Origin: a virus
Length of the DNA stretch: 64,000 nt
Virus record (IMG/VR): IMGVR_UViG_3300049218_000295
Location: 1 to 64,000 of that record
Direction: 5' to 3' (one strand)
Part shown: piece by piece, positions 57,680 through 64,000 of the stretch
Position numbering within the stretch: position 1 is the first letter of the stretch
Layout: the number at the start of each line of letters is the position of its first letter
Notes under the pieces: generated by a model
What the model saw: the letters and a program-made list of their open reading frames with translations, nothing else
Database searches by the model: none
What the model was told of the DNA's origin: nothing
Translations under genes and position numbers: made by a program

Positions 57680-57973
57680 ATGAAGCAGGCTTATATTCCA
57701 GCAAAGGAATTCAAAGTGAACCATACCGTCGAACAACTTCAGGCACAATGCCCTTTCCGAATTGATAGCAGCACCCAGCTTGCTATCACAGGCGTAGTCA
57801 GCCCTCGGCAACAGTGCTATGGACTTATTTGCACTGTTACCGCAGACAGTGGCGAAACTCACAATGTGGTTGTTCGTGTTTCACTGGTTTATTATCTCGC
57901 CGCAAAAGCTCTGCTCGAGTTCGTTCGTTCTGTGACTGGACTCAGCCGGGCCACCCTGCCCTACCTACACTAA
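57680..57973 (+). CDS. hypothetical protein
   Basis: ATG 57680 preceded by TAAAAT-N5. Confidence 0.55.
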   Translation: MKQAYIPAKEFKVNHTVEQLQAQCPFRIDSSTQLAITGVVSPRQQCYGLICTVTADSGETHNVVVRVSLVYYLAAKALLEFVRSVTGLSRATLPYLH

Positions 57974-57975
57974 TC

Positions 57976-58443
57976 CTACAGAAGTTTGGCTTTGACATCC
58001 TTGACTTCGTTGCCTGGGATTCGGATTTCATTTTCGGAATCACCAACTCCGGCACCGGAATATTCATGATAGAGCTTCAAAGTTTCAAGCCAATGCACTT
58101 TGCTCTTCGGGGCGTAACCGCGCAGCAAGGCCCAGGGTTTTGGTATACCATTGCCACCAGCAAAACCAATTGCCGATTCTTTTTCCCACGACCAAGACCA
58201 GCCGGGATTATCTAGGTCGACGTCTTTAATTTGTTTAACTCCAATAACGCGATAGACCGGTAATGGGTCCGGAAAGCCTTTAACCATATCCAGAAGGTCC
58301 TCGGCATCCGCTATTGCGGTATCTTTGTCTTCGAACATGCATTCGGCGTCCTCTTTCATCGGCTTGGAATAGCCCGGATAGAGGTCGTAGTAGGAATCTC
58401 GCCAGTTGTAGGTTTTGAGGATATCCGCGAGTTTGAGATTCAT
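57976..58443 (-). CDS. putative ADP-ribosyltransferase-fold protein
   Basis: PVYR...GWSWSW...AIGFA...ENEI matches the R-S-ExE pattern. Confidence 0.55.
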   Translation of the reverse strand: MNLKLADILKTYNWRDSYYDLYPGYSKPMKEDAECMFEDKDTAIADAEDLLDMVKGFPDPLPVYRVIGVKQIKDVDLDNPGWSWSWEKESAIGFAGGNGIPKPWALLRGYAPKSKVHWLETLKLYHEYSGAGVGDSENEIRIPGNEVKDVKAKLL

Positions 58444-59075
58444 GCGTGCTGATAGATGGAAAGCACCCGGTCGCCTGCTGCTAATGCGGACGACCCACCA
58501 GTTGCAAGGTCATTGAGAAAAGTGACGCGAGTGGTACCCGCCAAGTTAGTGCTAATAGAGTAATCTTCGCCCAAGTACTGGATAAGACCATCAAAAACAA
58601 ACGAAAGTGTGTTTGGTGTTACGAGATAGGCCAAGTCAATATATTGGTTCGCAATATCTGCACTCTGCAAAATATACAGTTCTTGGTTTGGAGTGTTGCC
58701 GACAATCCCAATTCCAGTAACGCCCTGCATTCCTTGGGCACCGGTTAGACCGCCATAACCCGTCTCGCCTTGCATTCCAATGCCGGTAACACCCTGAGGC
58801 CCCTGAAGTCCAGTTACACCATCGAGTGCCACCGCTCCCGTCACACCTTGCAAGCCGGTAACACCCATTGGACCGATATATGCCGCATTGTTGCTATTAA
58901 AGGCAATGACACCAAGTCCACGATAGCGGTTGAAGTCATTGATGTTGGCCGTGATAATGGCTTGGTCGACTAGCACCCTTGAATCGGAGTTGATGCGGAG
59001 AGTAGCCTTGGTCGCTGAAAGTTGCAACACCAGCAGTCCATTGGTCAAATTGGTTACAATAACGTCTGATGCCAT
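58440..59075 (-). CDS. short collagen-like virion protein
   Basis: G-X-Y run; C-terminal domain clearly paralogous to that of 41030..42730; ATG 59075 preferred as start. Confidence 0.8.
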   Translation of the reverse strand: MASDVIVTNLTNGLLVLQLSATKATLRINSDSRVLVDQAIITANINDFNRYRGLGVIAFNSNNAAYIGPMGVTGLQGVTGAVALDGVTGLQGPQGVTGIGMQGETGYGGLTGAQGMQGVTGIGIVGNTPNQELYILQSADIANQYIDLAYLVTPNTLSFVFDGLIQYLGEDYSISTNLAGTTRVTFLNDLATGGSSALAAGDRVLSIYQHA

Positions 59076-59154
59076 ATCCCCAAGATAAGCGTCGCCTTGG
59101 TATTTTTGTCGCGGGTGCGGGGAAATCGGTGGGCCTTTGTGTTGTGCGTCATGG

Positions 59155-59301
59155 GAACGGAAGCGGGTTCGGGGAGGGAAATACAACCCCCCAAACCCCC
59201 CTTACGCGTTCGCAGCATGTGCGAGATGGGTGTTTTGGGGTTCTGGTCTAGTCTCAATACTAGAACAGAAGCGGGTTCGGTACAGGCAGAACAACCTCCC
59301 A
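59155..59301. repeat. two bipartite 39-bp direct repeats, 108 bp period
   Basis: GAACRGAAGCGGGTTCGG-N10-ACAACCYCCCA at 59155 and 59263. Confidence 0.8.
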
Positions 59302-59376
59302 GGCCCAGGTGGCCTGGTACAAAGAAAAGCGAGCATGCTAATTTTAACACCGAGCCGATATGCCTAAAAGGGAGCC

Positions 59377-59658
59377 ATGAACGTACACGTTGTCAAAAGT
59401 TGGTGTTTCCTTTATTCCGCTGCAATTGCAGGTTATAAGACTCATGACTTCCGGGACATGACTGAAAGAGATTACAAGGTTGGAGACCAGCTCCACTTTC
59501 GAGAATTTGACCAAACTACCGGCCAATACACTGGCCGCGAGGCTTTGTTCGAAATCACCTACATTACTGACAATAGAACACCCTGTGCTATGTCGAGCTG
59601 TGCATTAGATAAGAAATACGGAGTTCTAAGCATCAAGCTGCTAAAAATTTTGAGATGA
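59377..59658 (+). CDS. DUF3850/ASCH-like (PUA-fold) protein
   Basis: HVVKSW...GYKTHDFR...RDYKVGDQL.FREF...YTGR. Confidence 0.8.
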   Translation: MNVHVVKSWCFLYSAAIAGYKTHDFRDMTERDYKVGDQLHFREFDQTTGQYTGREALFEITYITDNRTPCAMSSCALDKKYGVLSIKLLKILR

Positions 59659-59873
59659 CTCTCTTTACTGAACAAGAAATCCGCACTGCTATTCGTGAAA
59701 ACAAGCAATTAAAAGAGTTAACCAAGTTATTCCGAAACACAATGCAGCAGATTTCGGAGCTTCCTGGGGTTTGTTATTGTTCTGGAAGCCACGACAATCG
59801 GGAGTGGTGCGCGGTGTGCGCCAAGGGTCGCGAAGCACTTGACAAGTTAGACAAGATTTTGGAGTCCAAGTGA
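59655..59873 (+). CDS. hypothetical protein
   Basis: 72 aa, ATGA-coupled; CYC...CAVC. Confidence 0.6.
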   Translation: MTLFTEQEIRTAIRENKQLKELTKLFRNTMQQISELPGVCYCSGSHDNREWCAVCAKGREALDKLDKILESK

Positions 59874-60160
59874 AAGAGCTTACCTATACTGACCTCACCA
59901 ACTTCTATTTGAAATCCACTGTGAAGGGAACTTCAGTGGTCATTCATAATCCCAACGTGGAGCCTGGTAGCGCAGAGGCACTCAGCCAACTTTTTGGCGT
60001 GGAAATCACACCTTCTGACGAAGTCCAGATTGTAGTCATAAAAGTGGACTCACTCAAAAAGGCACGATTCCAATGTGAGCAGGCCTCACAGGAGTATACT
60101 CATTGCGCTTTCGACCTTTGGCAAAAAGGGCGACAAATTGAGGGATGGCCCAAGAAGTAA
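59870..60160 (+). CDS. hypothetical protein
   Basis: 96 aa, GGAG RBS, GTGA-coupled. Confidence 0.6.
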   Translation: MKELTYTDLTNFYLKSTVKGTSVVIHNPNVEPGSAEALSQLFGVEITPSDEVQIVVIKVDSLKKARFQCEQASQEYTHCAFDLWQKGRQIEGWPKK

Positions 60161-60169
60161 AAAGCTGCC

Positions 60170-60790
60170 ATGGAATGCTCCCAATGTGCAGTTGAAATGA
60201 GAGAACTACCAAACGGCGATTGGCTTTGTTCAGTTTGCAAAGCCCGGTATGGTGAAGTGCTCCCCAATGACTTGAGCCCGTTTGAAATCGAGAAACCTCG
60301 GGAGGAATTGCCACCTGTCGCAATTTTCCCCGGTTCCTTCAACCCCTGGCATGAAGGACATCAGGACGTGCTTGATAAAGCACTCGCCATCTTCCATAAA
60401 GTCATTATCCTGCAAACCCAAAACTCCAAGAAGGGTCAATCGACCCCATTGCTAGTCGCAATTGAGAAGTACCCAGGTCTCAAATGGAGGTTGGCCGCCG
60501 AGATTGAAAAGGGTCGAGTAGTAATCTATGAAATGCAGGGCTTTCTTACTGATTCTATTCGGAGAGTCGAAGAGGTGGAAAAAGTCAAAATTACTGCGGT
60601 GGTACGAGGCCTTCGCAACGGGTATGACTTGCAGACCGAAATGGTCCAGCAATATTGGTATGAAGACCTTAAAATGACGACTCCAATAGTTTACATCATC
60701 ACCGACCGCAAGCATGCCCATATTTCGAGTTCCGCTATTCGTGAAGTCGAAGGTTTGCAGGAACAGTTCAGGAAGCCCGAGACCCAATGA
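60170..60790 (+). CDS. coaD: phosphopantetheine adenylyltransferase-like protein with N-terminal Zn ribbon
   Basis: FPGSFNPWHEGH, NSKK, VRGLRN..D..E, HISSSAIRE. Confidence 0.82.
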   Translation: MECSQCAVEMRELPNGDWLCSVCKARYGEVLPNDLSPFEIEKPREELPPVAIFPGSFNPWHEGHQDVLDKALAIFHKVIILQTQNSKKGQSTPLLVAIEKYPGLKWRLAAEIEKGRVVIYEMQGFLTDSIRRVEEVEKVKITAVVRGLRNGYDLQTEMVQQYWYEDLKMTTPIVYIITDRKHAHISSSAIREVEGLQEQFRKPETQ

Positions 60791-62448
60791 GCGACGATTT
60801 TGAAGATTTCCATGATAGCGAGGAGAAAGCAACCAGAAAGGTGCCGAAAACCTTTCCGGCACCGGACTATGCGGATTTGGCTCAGTACAACCCCTTTCCT
60901 GGAATCCGACCCGGACAGGAGCAGATTCTAAAGCAACTCGAACAGTTTTTGCAAGATCCGAAAATTAAGACTATCATTCTTGAAGCGCCAACGGGTGTCG
61001 GGAAGTCGATGTTTGCGATGGCTGCCGCTCGTGCCTCCAAGGGTGCTTACGTCACTACTGCCAACAAACTTCTGCAAGACCAATATCAGCGCGATTTTGC
61101 ATCTTTTCTTACTGACTTAAAAGGTCGGGCTAATTACGAGTGCCGTCGCTATAAGCAACCCAATGGTTTCCCCTACAATTGTGGCAATTCCCCTTGCCGC
61201 AAGACCCTGACGGAACAAAAAGAATGCTCCAAACGCAAAGAGTGTGAGTATCATGAGGCGCTGCAAGCGGCAGGCAACTCATCTCTCACGGCCTTCAATT
61301 TTGCAGCCTATCTCGCTTTTCTCGACCATGTCAAGACGCTATTCGGCAAACGCAATATGCTCATTGCTGATGAAGGCCACTCCCTCGCCAATTGGCTAAC
61401 CAATTTTGTGGAAGTGCGTTTCTCGCGCAATAGCCTTCTCAGTCTTGGTCTCGCTCCGGACCTACCTGATTTTGAGTCGGTAGATTTCTATCAGAACTTT
61501 ATTGAGCAGGTGCACGCTGAAATCAATCGGCAGCTCGGCTCGGACGACGAACGCGAAAACATGGACCCCAATTTTCTCTATGACTTGGAGACCATGAGCC
61601 ACAAAATTTTTGTCTTTAAGAAATTGCTTGAGGCACCCGATGGCTCAAACAACTTCGTACTCTATAAGGAGTACGACAAGAAGATGACCCATCTTCTAAG
61701 CTCGGTGGCTTTCAAACCGGTGGTCGTGAACAAGATTGCCAATGACTACATGTTTCGGTACGCGGACAAGACCCTCATTCTCTCTGCAACCATTCTGGAT
61801 TTCACTACTTTCTGTAGCATGATGGGCTTGGAACACGAGGAAACAGCCATTATTCGCGTAGGGTCACCTTTTCCCAAAGAAAATCGCCCCTTTTATCTCG
61901 GAATGGCGGGGCCAGCGCTCAACATGTCCAATTTGGACCAAAACATGCCGCAGCTCGTCCAAAAAATTGAGCAGATTATGGACCACTATCCAAATTACAA
62001 AGGCATCATCCACGGCAACTCCTACAAGATTTGTAACTACATTGCAGAGAACATTAAGTCCAAATATGTCCAGCGGCTCATTTATCCGCGAGCCTCTAAG
62101 GAACAGAAGGACATGCTAAAAATGCATGCCAATTCCACACAACCGACAGTCCTCCTTTCACCTTCGATGGAAGAAGGTGTAGATTTAAAGGATGATTTGG
62201 CGCGTTTCTCTATTCTCTGTAAAGTCCCTTATCCGTACTTGGGCGACCCTATCATGCGACGACGCATGGACGTTTATCCGGGCTACTATGAATGGGAGAC
62301 TGCTCTAACTATTGTCCAGGCCTATGGGCGCGGCGTTCGTCACGAGGCGGATTGGTGCCATACCTATGGACTCGATGGTGGTTTTGTGAACTTCATAGGA
62401 CGTGCTAAACACATACTACCCTCATGGTTCTTGGAGGCAGTCCAGTAA
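60787..62448 (+). CDS. DinG/Rad3-family helicase
   Basis: RPGQ, EAPTGVGKS, LKGRANY.C Fe-S Cys, DEGH, SAT, EGVD, KVPYP, QAYGRGVR. Confidence 0.92.
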   Translation: MSDDFEDFHDSEEKATRKVPKTFPAPDYADLAQYNPFPGIRPGQEQILKQLEQFLQDPKIKTIILEAPTGVGKSMFAMAAARASKGAYVTTANKLLQDQYQRDFASFLTDLKGRANYECRRYKQPNGFPYNCGNSPCRKTLTEQKECSKRKECEYHEALQAAGNSSLTAFNFAAYLAFLDHVKTLFGKRNMLIADEGHSLANWLTNFVEVRFSRNSLLSLGLAPDLPDFESVDFYQNFIEQVHAEINRQLGSDDERENMDPNFLYDLETMSHKIFVFKKLLEAPDGSNNFVLYKEYDKKMTHLLSSVAFKPVVVNKIANDYMFRYADKTLILSATILDFTTFCSMMGLEHEETAIIRVGSPFPKENRPFYLGMAGPALNMSNLDQNMPQLVQKIEQIMDHYPNYKGIIHGNSYKICNYIAENIKSKYVQRLIYPRASKEQKDMLKMHANSTQPTVLLSPSMEEGVDLKDDLARFSILCKVPYPYLGDPIMRRRMDVYPGYYEWETALTIVQAYGRGVRHEADWCHTYGLDGGFVNFIGRAKHILPSWFLEAVQ

Positions 62449-62458
62449 AAGGAAGCTT

Positions 62459-63010
62459 ATGATAGTTTATTTAGGAGCAGCAATCGACACTTCGCTGGGT
62501 TCGCCCGCAGACCAGTTCAACATGTTGAGCGAATTAGTGTTGAAGGCAAATAAGGGTTCTGTCATTTTCTTCAATCCGCTCACGGCGTTTATCAACGCTC
62601 ACGCGATTACTCGTGAACAGGACATGCAATTCCTTATTGATATCAATAACACCGCGCTGGACCGTGCCGACCTCGCAGTTTTCTCCTGGACCTCGTCGCC
62701 CTCCATGGGCGTTCCGCTGGAAATTCAGCGTTGCAAGGAACAGAAGAAACCAATGGTAATTTGGAATCGCACTCCCAAGAAACTGGGGATTTATTTGCGC
62801 AGTGGAATGGGACGTAACCAAATCATTGTAGAAAGTGAAGAGGACGTAGTAGCCGCCATTCGGGCTTGGCCTGGCCATCCAGAGAGCCTGATGGAGTTAC
62901 CACCAAAGCCAGAACCACATCTAACTCTACCTCTTCCTCCTCCAACACTTAATCAAGAACATAAGAAAACTTTTATGCGGGAGTATCCGCCAAAGATCAA
63001 TGACCAATAA
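62459..63010 (+). CDS. nucleoside 2-deoxyribosyltransferase-like (NDT/DNPH1 fold) protein
   Basis: IVYLGAAID, FFNP, ALDRAD, SMGVPLEI...KPMVIW; start ATG 62459. Confidence 0.7.
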   Translation: MIVYLGAAIDTSLGSPADQFNMLSELVLKANKGSVIFFNPLTAFINAHAITREQDMQFLIDINNTALDRADLAVFSWTSSPSMGVPLEIQRCKEQKKPMVIWNRTPKKLGIYLRSGMGRNQIIVESEEDVVAAIRAWPGHPESLMELPPKPEPHLTLPLPPPTLNQEHKKTFMREYPPKINDQ

Positions 63011-63665
63011 TTGGACCCTTCTTGACCAGAAGGAATCGTTGTACTATTATTGGCTTGGCTGGATGGTCACAGATGGTTGTATCATGCATCGATTCCGAGA
63101 AGGCAGAAATCGAGGCATAATAGTTGCGCTGACCATGCACCGGAACGACGAACACATTTTAGACTTCTTCAGAGATCAGATTCGACCGGACGCTAAATAC
63201 GCAATTAATGGCAATTGCAGCATGCTCAGTCTGGCATTGCCTAGGCGCTACGCGAATGAATTAGCAAAATTTGGGTTAGTACAGCGTAAGACAATAAATC
63301 TGAAAGTCACCAACACTCTCAAATCTATGCCAAAAGAAGCATTCCTTCAGTATTTAGTGGGGATTATTGAAGGCGATGGCTGTGTTGATATAAGGATGCT
63401 GAAGAGCAAGGGCTATGAATATAGTGTGCCGCGCATAAGGGTGACAAACAACAGCAAGCCTTTTCTTGAATGGATTGCTAGGAAATGTGAGTATTATTGC
63501 GGTGTGAAACGAAGAAAGCCTTATAAAAGACAGGGTTGCGAGTGCTGGGAATTGGGCATCGCCGGTAAAGACGCAATAGAGCTGCATAAGCAGCTCAGTT
63601 CTTGCCAATACCGTTTGCTGGAGAGAAAATGGAAGTTAATAGAACCTTTAGACCAACATCAATAG
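63000..63665 (+). CDS. free-standing LAGLIDADG homing endonuclease
   Basis: Two motifs: YWLGWMVTDGCI and YLVGIIEGDGCV. Confidence 0.85.
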   Translation: MTNNWTLLDQKESLYYYWLGWMVTDGCIMHRFREGRNRGIIVALTMHRNDEHILDFFRDQIRPDAKYAINGNCSMLSLALPRRYANELAKFGLVQRKTINLKVTNTLKSMPKEAFLQYLVGIIEGDGCVDIRMLKSKGYEYSVPRIRVTNNSKPFLEWIARKCEYYCGVKRRKPYKRQGCECWELGIAGKDAIELHKQLSSCQYRLLERKWKLIEPLDQHQ

Positions 63666-64000
63666 GACATTTATTTGGGCAGGAGCATGTTTTAAACATG
63701 CTGGTCTCATGGGTCGAGCGCCCAGAAACTATTCCATCAACCATCATGTTCTCTGGCCCCTATGGGACAGGAAAGACATCAATTGCCAGAATTCTATCCG
63801 GTATTCTGACAAACGGATCAACTTGTGATATCGACGAAATCAATGCTGCTGCGTCTCGTGGCATCGATGATGTGCGCGAAATTGCGGACTCGGTCCGCAT
63901 TCGGCCTTTTGGCCCGGCTAAAGTATACATTCTGGACGAGTTTCACCAATTGACAGATGCTGCTCAGAAGGCTCTCCTTAAAGTGGTCGAAGAGCCACCT
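63629..64000 (+). CDS. dnaX: DNA polymerase III gamma/tau clamp loader (truncated by window edge)
   Basis: Translated by hand: MEVNRTFRP...FGQEHV...SGPYGTGKTSIARI...EINAAASRGIDDVR...KVYILDEFHQLT..AQKALLKVVEEPP. Confidence 0.92.
   Translation, partial: MEVNRTFRPTSIGHLFGQEHVLNMLVSWVERPETIPSTIMFSGPYGTGKTSIARILSGILTNGSTCDIDEINAAASRGIDDVREIADSVRIRPFGPAKVYILDEFHQLTDAAQKALLKVVEEPP

Noticed and set aside
59155-59301. Direct repeats read as a mini CRISPR array
   Set aside because: Only two full copies, each with a variable 10-bp interior and a 69-bp gap; not CRISPR geometry.
63000-63665. LAGLIDADG ORF as part of an intein or group I intron
   Set aside because: It has its own start and stop, overlaps intact neighbours, and has no intein termini or flanking non-coding intron core.

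Overview
This 64 kb window is a gene-dense segment of a large (probably jumbo) tailed dsDNA bacteriophage using the standard genetic code. Packaging and virion genes: terminase large subunit, portal, a tail-assembly-chaperone pair joined by a clear -1 frameshift signal, and three collagen-like fibre genes next to two large glycosyltransferases. Replication and recombination genes are Pol III-style: beta-clamp-like, DnaX, DnaQ-like, DnaB, primase, gp32-like SSB, RecA, SbcC/SbcD, UvsW, DinG, a Cas4-like nuclease and NAD-dependent ligase. There is a phage sigma-70-family factor with a degenerate region 4, free-standing HNH and LAGLIDADG endonucleases, and auxiliary genes (NrdAB, CoaD, RmlB, ClpP, Hsp20, DksA/TraR, PhaR-like). 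The main observation is that the adenylosuccinate-synthetase homologue carries PurZ (2-aminoadenine, Z-base) signature residues rather than PurA ones. The phage also encodes its own PurB, APRT, a dNMP kinase and an NDT-fold enzyme, suggesting a self-contained Z-nucleotide pathway; no DatZ, MazZ or DpoZ is visible in the window. Non-coding signals read directly from the sequence include consensus sigma-70 promoters with a shared spacer motif, two fixed-register -10-like motifs implying many leaderless transcripts, a candidate ~125-nt ncRNA, a non-canonical tRNA-like element and a bipartite 39-bp direct repeat. All assignments come from motif recognition by eye; no database searches or folding programs were run.
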